From: Actinomycetes bacterium
GTDB taxonomy: Bacteria > Actinomycetota > Acidimicrobiia > Acidimicrobiales > GCA-2861595
Length of the DNA: 64,000 nucleotides
Assembly (NCBI GenBank): GCA_023264975.1
Contig: JAHFUS010000005.1
Coordinates: 10,771 to 74,770 of the forward strand
Direction of reading: 5' to 3'
A program made the translations under genes and the position numbers. How positions within the stretch are numbered: the first letter of the stretch is position 1; each line of letters opens with the position of its first letter. Below the pieces are notes generated by a model. It did no database searches. It was not told the DNA's origin and worked only from the letters and a program-made list of their open reading frames with translations. This document shows, one piece after another, positions 1-10,519 of this stretch.

Positions 1-1707
1 GGCGGCTCCGACGTTGGTGCCGGGTGATTGGGTGACGGTGACGTCTGCGCCGTTGGTGAGGCGGGCGTCGATGTCGGCTTGTTGGCGGTAGGTGGCGTTG
101 AAAACCGCGGTGGATGCCGCGAAGGCCGTGGTGAGGGCCACGAGCACGAGCGCGTTGGCGAGGATCCGGCGTTGTCGTGACATGGAGGAAGCGACGGTGC
201 CTGCGAGGGGGCCGGCGACGGGACGGAGCACGCGGCGCATGATCGGTCGGCCGCGCCCGAGGATCAGGTCGGCGATCCGCCAGGCGAACAGCCCGGCTCC
301 AGTCCACAGCAGCGCCGGTCCGGCGAAGGCCCAGTAGCTGACGGAGATGGTGGGGACCCCTTCGGGGGCGAGGACGAGTTTGTAGCCGCCGCGCCCGGTG
401 AGCCAGAAGATCAGTGCGCCGGCGCCGAGAAGCAGGAGGTCGAGGCCGTAGCTGGCCCAGCGGGGAGGACCTGCCCGGCCGACGCTGCGACGCCCGGCAA
501 TGACGGTCACGCCGCGGGCGTCACGCCAGGCCGGCACGGCGATGGTGGCAGCGGCGATGAGGAACCCGACGGCGGCGGACCCGGCGGCCCAGCCGGCGGC
601 GGCGACCGTGGTGGCACCGAAGCCGAAGGTCCCGAACATGGCTTTGCCGAGCGCGAGCGCGGCGGCCAACCCGACGGTGGCGCCGATAGCGCCGACGGCC
701 GCGGCTTCGATGCCGCCCAGCCGAGTGAGCTGGCTTCCCGTGGCGCCGCGGGCCCGCAACAGCGCTTGTTCCTTACGGCGCCGGTCGACGCCTGCGCCAG
801 CCACCGCGGCGGTGAGCAGCCCGGCGAGAACGGCGCCGGGGAGGCCGAGGAAGAGGAACAGGATCTGGGCGTAGAGAGCGTCGGCTCGCGCCGCACCGAG
901 GGTGGCGGCGAGGTTGTCACCGACGGTCCCCGCGCCGGCGAGTTTCACCTCGAGGTTGCGGGCCTGGCCCGACACCTGGGAGTAGGCGGCGGAGGGGTCG
1001 GCCGGGAGGTGGTGGGCGAGCCGGGCGTGGATCTGGGTGTGGGCCAGTTCCGGCCGGTTCTGAGCGAGCGGGTCGAACAGGGCGTGCCATTGGGCGGCTG
1101 GGAGGAGGACGACGTTGTCGGGCGGCGCCTGGGGTTGCGCGCCGACGGGCGCGCCGACGGCCTGGAACAGCGAGTCGGCTTGGGGGAGGTCGACGTCGCC
1201 GTCGACGTGGACGGCAACTGCCGAAAGCCCGGCGCGGCCCACGGTGATGGTGTCACCGGGGGAGGCGTGCAGGTTGGCGGCGGTCTGTTGGGCGAGGAGG
1301 ACGCCCGTGCCGGCGCCGGCGAGGTCCCGCAGTTCCTCGGGGAACGTGTTGCGGTAGCCGTCGGGAAGGCCGAGCACGACACCGGGACCGGTCGACTGGG
1401 TGGACCCGCCGGTGGTGGCCTGTAGGCCGGAGGTGGCGGCGAAGCCGACGGGCGCCGCCGCGGTCACCCCGGGGGCGGCCTTGACGGTGTCGAGCACGAT
1501 GGTGGGGTCGGCGCCGGGCTGGGCTTGAACCTGCCAGTCGACGGCGACGTCGGCGGCGGCCCGGGCGGTCATGGTCGCCTTGGATGCGGACAGGAACGAG
1601 CCGATCGACGCGAGGAGGGCCACGGCGATGGCGACACCGCACGCGGCGGCGGCGAGGCGCCCGCGCCGGCGGGCGGTGAGCCCGCGGAGCCAGGTCAAGC
1701 TGAGCAT
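1..1707 (-). CDS. ABC transporter permease, large FtsX/MacB-like (C-terminal part runs off the left window edge)
   Basis: Absent from the ORF track because it has no in-window stop. My translation of the minus strand from ATG at 1707 gives MLSLTWLRGLTARRRGRLAAAACGVAIAVALLASIGSF..., then a long extracytoplasmic stretch, then FtsX-like helices (LYAQILFLFLGLPGAVLAGLL..RRKEQALLRARGATGSQL). The frame is open to position 1 with GC3-rich codons. The start overlaps the stop of the upstream ATPase gene. Confidence 0.8.
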   Translation of the reverse strand, partial: MLSLTWLRGLTARRRGRLAAAACGVAIAVALLASIGSFLSASKATMTARAAADVAVDWQVQAQPGADPTIVLDTVKAAPGVTAAAPVGFAATSGLQATTGGSTQSTGPGVVLGLPDGYRNTFPEELRDLAGAGTGVLLAQQTAANLHASPGDTITVGRAGLSAVAVHVDGDVDLPQADSLFQAVGAPVGAQPQAPPDNVVLLPAAQWHALFDPLAQNRPELAHTQIHARLAHHLPADPSAAYSQVSGQARNLEVKLAGAGTVGDNLAATLGAARADALYAQILFLFLGLPGAVLAGLLTAAVAGAGVDRRRKEQALLRARGATGSQLTRLGGIEAAAVGAIGATVGLAAALALGKAMFGTFGFGATTVAAAGWAAGSAAVGFLIAAATIAVPAWRDARGVTVIAGRRSVGRAGPPRWASYGLDLLLLGAGALIFWLTGRGGYKLVLAPEGVPTISVSYWAFAGPALLWTGAGLFAWRIADLILGRGRPIMRRVLRPVAGPLAGTVASSMSRQRRILANALVLVALTTAFAASTAVFNATYRQQADIDARLTNGADVTVTQSPGTNVGAA

Positions 1708-2405
1708 GTGAGGCCCCTTTCGCGCGGGTCGCGCGGGGTGACGAAGCCGCCGTCGGCCATGACCCAACCGGAGTTGAGGCGGGCGGCGACAAGGGGGTCA
1801 TGGGTGGTGAGGACCAGCGCGGCGCCGAGGTCGGTGGCCGAGCGGATCAGGGCGTCGACGATCAGGGCGCCGGCGGCGTGGTCGAGTTGGCCGGTGGGTT
1901 CATCGGCCAGGATGAGCCGGGGTCGGCCGGCGAGGACGCGGGCGACTGCGACTCGTTGGGCTTGCCCGCCGGAGAGCTCCTCGGGAAGCTTGGTTGCCAA
2001 CGCCGAGAGGTGCAGCCGGTCGAGCGCGGCGGCAGCCGCCGCGGTGGCGGCGGCTTCGCTGGTGCCGCCGAGGAGCAGCGGCAGGGCGACGTTCTCGAGC
2101 ACATCGAGGGGCGGGAGCAGGCTCGGGCCTTGGAACACAACGCCGACGGGGCCGGGGCGCAGCGCGTCCCGGTCACCGAGGGCGGGCCAGGACACGCTCC
2201 CGGCGGTGGGTTCGTCGAGCCCGGCGAGCAGGTGCAGCAGGGTCGACTTTCCGGACCCGGACGGCCCGGTGATGGCGACCTGTTGAGCGGCGAGGATCTC
2301 GCAGGTGATGTCGTGCACGGCGACGACGGCGCCGAATCCGGAGCCGAACGTTCGGGCGACGCCGTCGCAGCGGACCAACACCCGGCCGTTCTCGCTTGCG
2401 GTCAT
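1695..2405 (-). CDS. ABC transporter ATP-binding protein
   Basis: Walker A GPSGSGKST, signature LSGGQAQRVAVARVL, Walker B LILADEPTGQLD. 4-nt overlap with the upstream ATPase gene. Confidence 0.93.
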   Translation of the reverse strand: MTASENGRVLVRCDGVARTFGSGFGAVVAVHDITCEILAAQQVAITGPSGSGKSTLLHLLAGLDEPTAGSVSWPALGDRDALRPGPVGVVFQGPSLLPPLDVLENVALPLLLGGTSEAAATAAAAAALDRLHLSALATKLPEELSGGQAQRVAVARVLAGRPRLILADEPTGQLDHAAGALIVDALIRSATDLGAALVLTTHDPLVAARLNSGWVMADGGFVTPRDPRERGLTCSA

Positions 2406-3073
2406 TGGGTCACCGCGCCGTCGGTGAGCTCGACGGTGCGGTCGGTGGCGGCGGCCACACCGCGACTGTGGGTGACGATGACGACCGCGGCGCCGGCGTC
2501 GGCTCGGCGGCGGAGCAGGGCGAGCACCTGGTGCTCGGTCGCAGCGTCGACCTCGCCGGTCGGTTCGTCGGCGAGCAGTACGGCGGGGTTGTTGGCCAGC
2601 GCGACGGCGAGCCCGGCTCGGGCCGCTTCACCGCCGGACAGCTGCGAGGGGTGGGCGTGGCGCCGTCGGCTGATTCCGAGGTCGTCGAGCAGGCCGGCGC
2701 GACGTCCGGCGTCGCGGGTGCCGGCCAACGCCTGGGCGAGGGCGAGGTTCTGGTCGACTGTGAGGTGTTCGAGAAGGTTGGCGGACTGGAACAGCATCCC
2801 GATGTGGCGGGCCCGCAACGCGGCCCGTTCAGGTTCGGGACGCCGCGAGACGGCGTGGCCGGCGACGTGGACCATTCCGCCGTCGGGCTCGTCGAGGCCG
2901 GCGAGGCAGGCGAGGAGGGTCGACTTGCCTGACCCGGACGGCCCGGTGACCGCCACCATCTCGCCGCTGTCGACGCTGATCGACACCCCCCGCAACGCCA
3001 GCGTCTCCTCGTCGCCGGCATGGAAGAACCGGTAGAGGTCCTGTGCCTCGAGCGCGGCGGTCATGCCTGCCAT
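2402..3073 (-). CDS. ABC transporter ATP-binding protein (second ATPase of the same operon)
   Basis: Only the C-terminal 223 aa of the 414-aa ORF look real: MAGMTAALEAQDLYRFF..GPSGSGKST..LSGGEAARAGLAVAL..LLADEPTGEVD. Start is ATG 3073, or ATG 3064 in an ATGA overlap with the lipoprotein stop. The upstream extension is Arg/Gly-rich junk antisense-like sequence. Confidence 0.9.
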   Translation of the reverse strand: MAGMTAALEAQDLYRFFHAGDEETLALRGVSISVDSGEMVAVTGPSGSGKSTLLACLAGLDEPDGGMVHVAGHAVSRRPEPERAALRARHIGMLFQSANLLEHLTVDQNLALAQALAGTRDAGRRAGLLDDLGISRRRHAHPSQLSGGEAARAGLAVALANNPAVLLADEPTGEVDAATEHQVLALLRRRADAGAAVVIVTHSRGVAAATDRTVELTDGAVTQ

Positions 3074-3705
3074 CCGAAGGAGTCGGTGACGATCCGCCAT
3101 GGGTCGACGTTGTCGGCGCCCTGAGGACCCGACAGGGTGAGGATGACCTCGGTGCCTGACTTCCAGAACTCGTAGCGTTCGACGGCGTCGTGCACGACCT
3201 TGCCGGTCACCGGGTCCGGTGCGCTGTCGGCCCGGTAGGTGAGCAGCACCGCGGGGCCGGCTTTTCGGGTGACGGCACTGACCTTGCCGGCCTGGAAGTT
3301 CTTGGCCGCGGCGCGGATGGCCGGCAGCTCGGTCTGCTCGGCGGACGGCACCGTCGGCGCGCTGGATGCCGGCACCGACTCCATGAGAACGCGGTTGAGC
3401 TTGTCGGTGAAGGTGACCGCGCCGCCGGCCTCGGTGCGGGCCCAGCCTTCGGGGACCTTTACGCTGAACCCGCCCGCCGGCGGCGTGTAGGCGACGAACA
3501 CCTGGTTGTCGCGGATGTCTCCGGCCGGATTGACCTCTGCTGCGTTCGGGTCGACGCCGGGTCCCTTCGTGTTCGACGGTGCCGTGGCCGTCGTCGATCC
3601 CTTCGAGGTCGCTGCCGGGCCGCTCGACGAGCCTCCGCCGCCGCACGCGGCGGCGGTCAAGGTCAGAGCGATCGAGCCGGAGACGATCAGAACGGTGCGC
3701 TTCAT
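3061..3705 (-). CDS. Lipoprotein of unknown function (first gene of the ABC operon)
   Basis: Internal ATG at 3705 is preceded by GAGGAG. N-terminus MKRTVLIVSGSIALTLTAAAC-GGGGSSS is a signal peptide plus lipobox (LTAAAC). No family recognised. Confidence 0.8.
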   Translation of the reverse strand: MKRTVLIVSGSIALTLTAAACGGGGSSSGPAATSKGSTTATAPSNTKGPGVDPNAAEVNPAGDIRDNQVFVAYTPPAGGFSVKVPEGWARTEAGGAVTFTDKLNRVLMESVPASSAPTVPSAEQTELPAIRAAAKNFQAGKVSAVTRKAGPAVLLTYRADSAPDPVTGKVVHDAVERYEFWKSGTEVILTLSGPQGADNVDPWRIVTDSFGWQA

Positions 3706-3849
3706 GAGGTGCTCCTCGGGTTGCGATGACCTGACCGTACGAGTCAAGGCGTCACCGGCCGCTGCGGTGAAGGTCAACGCCACCTGAACTCTCGGGCCCA
3801 CCCGCGTGTTCGAGGCTCCCGCCGTCGGGGCGCCTCCTACGCTGGGCCG

Positions 3850-4532
<683 letters not shown>

Positions 4533-4536
<4 letters not shown>

Positions 4537-5894
4537 CCCGCCGCATCCTGTCCGCCATCGTGCTCGTCGCCGGGCTGGTCATCGTCGGCTTCGGTGTCCC
4601 GCTCGGCGCCGCCGTCCAGGACCTCTACCGCGAGGAAGCCATGGCCCAGCTCGTCCGCGAGGCCGCCCGCGCCGGTGCCGGCGTCCCTTCCTCCATCGAT
4701 CCCAGCGACCCGATCGAGCTTCCCCGCTCGCCGCACGGCATCGATCTTGCCGTCTACACCCCCGACGGTCGACGCCTCACCGGCACCGGTCCGCTCCAGG
4801 GCGGCGAGGAGGTCGCGCTCGCCGCCGCCGGCCGGATCGCCGAATCCGAAGGTGACCCGTTCGTCGTCGCCGCACCCCTCAGCAGTGCCGAGCACGTCGT
4901 CGCCGTGGTCCGCGCCGAACTTCCGGCCTCCACCGTCGCCAACCGGGTCGACCGTGCCTGGCTGCTCATGACCGCCCTCGCCGCCGGCCTGCTCCTGTTG
5001 GCCGCCATCGTCGGGCGAGCGCTCTCCGCCCGCATCGCCAAACCGGTCGCCGAGCTCGCGTCGGCATCGGCCCGGCTCGGCCACGGTGACTTCACCGTCC
5101 GTCCCGCCAAATCCGGCATCCCTGAGCTGGACGACGCGGCCGAGAACCTGGGCCTCACCGCCGAACGACTGGGACGTCTCCTTGACCGTGAACGCGCCTT
5201 CAGTGCCGACGCGTCCCACCAGCTCCGCACCCCGCTCACCGGGCTCCGCCTTCACCTCGAGACCGCGCTCGCCAACCCATCGGTGGATCCGCGAGCGACG
5301 ATTAACGTCGTGCTCGGCGAGGTCGACCGCCTGGAGGCCACCATCGAGGATCTCCTTGCCCTCGCCCGAGAAGCGCAGACCAGCCGCGGACCCCTCGACA
5401 TCCACGGCGTCATCGACGCCGCCGAACAGGCCTGGCACGGCGCCCTGGCCGCGCAGGGCCGCCCGTTGCGCATCGAGATCGCCGACCCGCTCACCGCCCA
5501 CGCGTCGGGCGCAGCCGTCTCCCAAATCCTCGATGTGTTGCTCGCCAACGCGGCCGAGCACGGCACCGGCGTCGTCCAGATCCGCGCCTCCCGCGTCGGC
5601 GAGGGAGTCGTCATCGACGTGTCCGACGACGGGCCCGGGCCCGAAGGCGATCCCGACGCGATCTTCCAACGCCGCTCCGGGGCGGGCCACGGCATCGGCC
5701 TCTCGCTGGCGCGGTCCCTCGCCCACGCCGAGGGCGGGCGGCTCCTGCTCGCCCACCCCGGATCCCCCACGACGTTCCGTCTCGTGCTGCTCGACACCGA
5801 CCCCGCCGAACCCGCTCCCCGAAACCCGCAGCCGAAGGTGATGCTCGCGGGAGTCGATCAGCGCCGTCAGGCGAGCAGCTCGCCGGGAGTCTGA
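4533..5894 (+). CDS. Sensor histidine kinase (two TM segments, HAMP, HisKA, HATPase_c)
   Basis: ATG 4533 overlaps the regulator stop (ATGA). MTRRILSAIVLVAGLVIVGF is a TM segment. H-box FSADASHQLRTPLTGL; G-boxes DDGPG..GHGIGLSLARSLA. Confidence 0.9.
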
Positions 5895-5976
5895 TACACC
5901 GAACGTCCCCATTCGCCTCTCGCCTCTCGCCGGCGTTGGGCCGACTGCTCGTTCGGCTCGGCAGGACGGCGTGGGA

Positions 5977-7320
5977 TCAACGAGCCCGTGGGGCGATCCC
6001 GGGAAGAGGCCGGTGCGCTGCCCTCCAGGCCCGCACCAGATGGTCGGGGCGCGCCATCAGCTCGGGCCGGGCCTGGAGGTTGAGGACGCGCAGGAACAGC
6101 CGGTGCACGTCGGCGTCGCGCAGGGTCGCCCGGGTGTAGAGGTCATTGAGGCGGTGCGTCATCCACAAGCCCTTCGGACGGTCGCCGGTGACGTGGCTCA
6201 GCCGGAAGTCGGCCGTGGTTGACAACGTCCAGACGGAGTCCACAACAGAACTCAGCCGCCGGAAGTAGCTCATGGCCGGCTCGAGGACGGTCGCGCCGGA
6301 GGCGAGGTAGGCGCCGATCTCGGCCGCGTGGAGCGCGGCCGATGTCATCCCCTGGCCGTAGATGGGGTTGAACGAGGCGACGGCGTCCCCGGCCGCGAGG
6401 AAGCCAGCGGGGAGGCGCTTGCAGCGGTGGTAGTCCCGCCGCACGCTCGCCGCGTAGCGGAAGGTGACCACGTCGGTCAGGGCATCGTCGCGATCGGCGA
6501 ACTGGCGCAGGGCGACGGCGGGATCCGCAGCGAGCCGGGACGAGAAGTCGTCGGGGTCCAGGGTGGGCCGGTCGTCGTGGTAGCCACCTACCGTCACGAT
6601 CCACCGGCCGGCCTCGACCGCAAAGGCCACCGACCCCCGGAACCGGTCGGGTTCCTCGGTTATCGAGAGGATGCCTCGGGCTCCGTCGAGCCGGTCATCG
6701 GGCTGGCGGGGGAACAGACGCGTCGCGTACCCCAGCTCGACGTTCACGGACCGGCGGGGCGGCGCCTCGTAGCCCAACGCGCCCAGCCAGGCGTCGGCGC
6801 GACTGGTACGCCCGGAGCAGTCGACGACAAGGTCGCCGCGCAGACGCTCGCCCTCGGTCGCTCCGGCCGAGCCCTCGAGGACGGCACCGTCGACCTTGCC
6901 GCCGGTGGCGGTGAGGTGGTCCACCCGACCACGGACCGCCGTGACGTTGGGGAGGGCGGTCAGCCGGCGCCGAAGGTGGGCCTCGAGGAAGGGCCGGGTG
7001 CTGGCGATGCCGTTGCCGATCTCGGCGGGAGGCTTGCGTGCGCCCCCGACGTACCAGTGGAGGTCGACGCCGGGGTCGGCGATCTCGCCGCCGTCCGCGG
7101 CCAACTCGGCGGTGATCCCAGGGAACAGCCGCTCGATCTCTTCGAGGCCCCGGGCAAGGAGCCCGTGGACGTGCCTTCCCTGCGGCACGCCCTTCCGTTC
7201 GGCAGGGCCGCCGGCCAGCTCGTCCCGGTCGACGACCATCACCTCTTCGGCGTGGTCCGCGAGGACTCGCGCGGCGAGGAGCCCGGCGACGCTTCCGCCG
7301 AGCACCAGTGCGCGTTCCAC
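5977..7320 (-). CDS. FAD-dependent oxidoreductase/monooxygenase
   Basis: N-terminal dinucleotide fold ALVLGGSVAGLLAARVLA..VMVVDRD and a later GDAVASFNPIYGQGM motif typical of flavoprotein monooxygenase-like enzymes. Confidence 0.85.
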   Translation of the reverse strand: MERALVLGGSVAGLLAARVLADHAEEVMVVDRDELAGGPAERKGVPQGRHVHGLLARGLEEIERLFPGITAELAADGGEIADPGVDLHWYVGGARKPPAEIGNGIASTRPFLEAHLRRRLTALPNVTAVRGRVDHLTATGGKVDGAVLEGSAGATEGERLRGDLVVDCSGRTSRADAWLGALGYEAPPRRSVNVELGYATRLFPRQPDDRLDGARGILSITEEPDRFRGSVAFAVEAGRWIVTVGGYHDDRPTLDPDDFSSRLAADPAVALRQFADRDDALTDVVTFRYAASVRRDYHRCKRLPAGFLAAGDAVASFNPIYGQGMTSAALHAAEIGAYLASGATVLEPAMSYFRRLSSVVDSVWTLSTTADFRLSHVTGDRPKGLWMTHRLNDLYTRATLRDADVHRLFLRVLNLQARPELMARPDHLVRAWRAAHRPLPGIAPRAR

Positions 7321-7383
7321 ATCGGCATGGCTACCAGAACGAAAACGGCAAGACCACCGGCGCGACGGGCGCGTGCGGTGTGC

Positions 7384-10152
7384 CTACACGTCGCCCTTCG
7401 TGAGCCGGACTGTGGCGATGGCCCAGGGGGCCAGGGCGAACGAGCCGTCGAACGCGGCAACAGGGCGTCCCCGAAGGTCGACCAGCCAACCGGTACGGCC
7501 GTCGATCCGGACCGTCACAGGCAACGCAGTCGGGTTGAACACCCGCACCTCCAAGGCCCCGGCGACGCGCTGGAGGGCGGACACCTCGGCGCCCTCGACG
7601 GTGAGGGCCCGGCCCGACGGCGGCCGGTTCCCGCCCCCGTCGGCATGCACGACCGGCAGCGGCAGGAAGGCGTCGTCGGCCAGGGCGTAGGCGTCGGCGT
7701 CGCCTACGTGGACGGCGTACCGGGCCTCCACCGGCCCGAGCATCTGCGGGCCGTCGAGCCGATCGGGCGGGCCGGCGGGAAGCGGCCGGGTCAGCATCTC
7801 GACGCGCGAGAGCATGCCGGTGGCCCGCAGGAGGGTGACGGCAAGGGTGGCGGCGGTGTCGTCCTCCACGTCCACCAGCTCGTACTCGAGCAGGCCCTCG
7901 TGGACGACGGTGAGGCCGCCCGCCTGCACGAACCGGCGGGACGGGAAGGTGGGCAGCGGCTCCTCGGTGGGGCCGCCCTCCGCCTCGAGACCCCGCTCCA
8001 CCACGGCGAAGGCGCACTCGGCCCGGCTGACGGTCGCCGGTCCCGGGAGCGGGAAGTGGGCCCGCAGGCGGTGGTCCCGGCTCGGGTTGTCGAATGTCGT
8101 ATGCACGCGCACGAGCCGCTCGCCGGCCCGCACCTCGAGGACGGTGGTGACCTCGACCGTCCGCTCGCCTATGCGCGTTCGCTCCTCGTCGTCGATGCCC
8201 TCGTGCCACGTGAAGGTCCGCCGCACACGCAGGCGGCCCCGAAGGGGACCGGTCTCGACGGCGTCGGTGACCACCGCGTCCGGCGTGTCGACCACCGTGT
8301 CGAACTCGGGCGGCGACCAGTTGTAGGTGTCGCCGTGGTCGCCGCCGTCGACCAGCCGGTCGAAGCCGGCCAGCCCATCGACGGAGAACGTGCCGTCCTC
8401 GGCGTCGACCTCGATGCGCACCAGGCCGTTGTCGAGGACGTTGTCACCCTCGGCCCGCACCGGCTCGGCGGTGCTCGCCGCCGGGGTCCAGGCCGCCCAT
8501 CCGTACCCGGGCACGTCGTCGACCCGGGCCAGCACCCGCCGCGACGGCGGTTGGCTGATGCGCACCCGCACGTCCATGTCGGGCCGGGCGCCGGCCCGCG
8601 CGTAGAGGTCCCGCTTCACCTGCTCGACCAGGAACTCCGTGCGCAGGCGGGCGTCGGCGTGCAGGACGATGTCGAGACCGTCGTCGGTCTCGACCACGTC
8701 GACGGCGTTCACGTAGGTGGTGGCGTCGAGCTGCTGGCTGCGGATCTGGGCCAGGATCCCGCCCAGGTCCCGGGCCTTCACGGTGCGGTCGGCCAGCGCC
8801 GGCGGGCGGTCGTCCAGCACCTGCGTGCCGGGCAGGCGCCCCTCCCCCGCGACTGTGATCTCCACCAGGCCGCTGCGGGCCCGGGCGCTCGGGTTGACCA
8901 CCACCGGGCCGGGCTCGGCCATGGACGACGCCAGGGCGGCGAGAGCCCGGTCGGCCAGGCCGTCGGCGATCTGGCGGGCCTCGGCGAAGCGGTGGAGGAC
9001 GGCGGCGCCCACCTCGTCGGCCGAGCAGGCGCAGATGGAGTCGTGGGCCGAGTTACGGATGACCTCCTTCCACGCCAGCGCCAGCAGCCGGTCGGGCCAC
9101 CGGGCGGGCTCGACGAACAGGGCGCACAGCGGCTCGGCCATGCGCTCCAGGGCCCGCTCGGTCCGGGCCGCCGCCTGCTTCACGTCGACCCGGTTCGACG
9201 CCACGCCCATGAGCAGGTTGGCCCGGGCGCCCGAGCGCAGCTCGCCGGTCCACACCGGCAGCCCGCCGGTGGGAGCGGTGGCCAGGTACTCGGCCAGCGA
9301 CGTCACTTCGAGGCGGTACTCGTCCTGGAGGTCGTTGGCCTCGGCCACCACCCTGCCGAGCCACGGTTGCGGCACCTGGTGGTCGGTGCCGTTCATGAAC
9401 AGCAGGCCGTCGAGGAGGAACGGCTCGACCTCGGCCTCGTGGGAGGCGATGCGGGCGACGAGCGCCTTGGCGTCGTCGGGGATGGCGGCGCCGTTGCCGT
9501 AGCCCCTCAACAGGTACTCGGCTCGCACGGTCGACCCGTCCGGCGCCGACCAACGGAATGCCGACCGGTCGACGGCGCCGGGCACGCCCCGCCACACGAC
9601 TGCGTGCTCGAGCCCGGCCTGGCGCAGGAGCTGGGGCATCTGGGCGATGTGGCCGAACATGTCGGGGAGATAGCCGACCTGGGCCGCTCCGCCGAACGCC
9701 GCCGCCCGCTCCATGCCGAGCTGGAGGTTGCGCACGATGGTCTCGCCCGACACGGCGAACTCGTCCATGAGGACGTACCACGGCCCCATGGCCACCCGGC
9801 CGCCGGCGCCCAGGCGCCGCAGCGTCGCCTCCGCCTCGGGGCGTACCTCGAGGTAGTCGTCCACCACCGCCATCTGCCCGTCGAGCAGGAACCGGGCGTA
9901 CCCGAGGTCGGCCTCCAGCATGGGTAGGAATTCGTCGAGGAGGTCGACCAGGCGGAGGCGGAACGACTGGAACGGGGCGTACCACTCACGGTCCCAGTGG
10001 GTGTGGGGGACGATGGCGACGGTGCGCGGCCGGCGGAGCGTTGGCTGGGTCTCGGGCGTGATGCCAGGGTAGAACGTACAGGTGGGGACTAGAGATGGGA
10101 ACCGACTTTCCGGACGGCGGTCGGCGGGAGGAGCTGGTCGATGGACGGGCAC
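7384..10152 (-). CDS. Glycoside hydrolase family 38 alpha-mannosidase (MngB-like architecture)
   Basis: IVPHTHWDREWY, GPWYVLMDEF and YLPDMFGH motifs. The 5' part of the 1064-aa ORF is antisense to cutA and not credible. The first canonical in-frame start upstream of the conserved core is GTG 10152, so the start is uncertain. Confidence 0.85.
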   Translation of the reverse strand: MPVHRPAPPADRRPESRFPSLVPTCTFYPGITPETQPTLRRPRTVAIVPHTHWDREWYAPFQSFRLRLVDLLDEFLPMLEADLGYARFLLDGQMAVVDDYLEVRPEAEATLRRLGAGGRVAMGPWYVLMDEFAVSGETIVRNLQLGMERAAAFGGAAQVGYLPDMFGHIAQMPQLLRQAGLEHAVVWRGVPGAVDRSAFRWSAPDGSTVRAEYLLRGYGNGAAIPDDAKALVARIASHEAEVEPFLLDGLLFMNGTDHQVPQPWLGRVVAEANDLQDEYRLEVTSLAEYLATAPTGGLPVWTGELRSGARANLLMGVASNRVDVKQAAARTERALERMAEPLCALFVEPARWPDRLLALAWKEVIRNSAHDSICACSADEVGAAVLHRFAEARQIADGLADRALAALASSMAEPGPVVVNPSARARSGLVEITVAGEGRLPGTQVLDDRPPALADRTVKARDLGGILAQIRSQQLDATTYVNAVDVVETDDGLDIVLHADARLRTEFLVEQVKRDLYARAGARPDMDVRVRISQPPSRRVLARVDDVPGYGWAAWTPAASTAEPVRAEGDNVLDNGLVRIEVDAEDGTFSVDGLAGFDRLVDGGDHGDTYNWSPPEFDTVVDTPDAVVTDAVETGPLRGRLRVRRTFTWHEGIDDEERTRIGERTVEVTTVLEVRAGERLVRVHTTFDNPSRDHRLRAHFPLPGPATVSRAECAFAVVERGLEAEGGPTEEPLPTFPSRRFVQAGGLTVVHEGLLEYELVDVEDDTAATLAVTLLRATGMLSRVEMLTRPLPAGPPDRLDGPQMLGPVEARYAVHVGDADAYALADDAFLPLPVVHADGGGNRPPSGRALTVEGAEVSALQRVAGALEVRVFNPTALPVTVRIDGRTGWLVDLRGRPVAAFDGSFALAPWAIATVRLTKGDV

Positions 10153-10491
10153 GTACAGGTGCTGACGACGGCCGGCAGCCCCGAGGAGGCGGACGCCATC
10201 GCCGCCGCCCTGCTCGACGCCCGGCTGGCCGCGTGCGTGCAGGTGGTGGGGCCGGTGCGTAGCCGGTATCGCTGGCAGGGTCGGGTGGAGTCGGCCGAGG
10301 AGTGGCTCTGCGTGGTGAAGACCACGGCGGCGGCGGCGGGCGCGGCCATGACCGAGATCGCCCGGGTCCACAGCTACGAAACGCCGGAGATCACTGTGAC
10401 GCCCATCGTGGCCGGCGCTGCGTCGTACCTGGCGTGGATCGACGGGGAGGTCGGCGCCGGCGCCGGCGCACCGGGGCCGTCCGGCCCATAA
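10141..10491 (+). CDS. cutA: Divalent-cation tolerance protein CutA
   Basis: GGGAGGAG RBS. VQVLTTAGSPEEADAIAAALLDARLAACVQV..YRWQG..E.EEW.CVVKT..SYETPEI is the CutA1 fold signature. Confidence 0.88.
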   Translation: MDGHVQVLTTAGSPEEADAIAAALLDARLAACVQVVGPVRSRYRWQGRVESAEEWLCVVKTTAAAAGAAMTEIARVHSYETPEITVTPIVAGAASYLAWIDGEVGAGAGAPGPSGP

Positions 10492-10519
10492 CGGCGGGAC
10501 CGGCCGTACGCTTGCATGC

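Noticed and set aside
6328-9927. 1199-aa plus-strand ORF, the longest ORF in the window
   Set aside because: It lies exactly antisense to the GH38 mannosidase and the FAD oxidoreductase, which have clear family motifs. Its product is Gly/Arg/His/Val-rich with no recognisable motif. This is the typical stop-free mirror frame of a high-GC genome.
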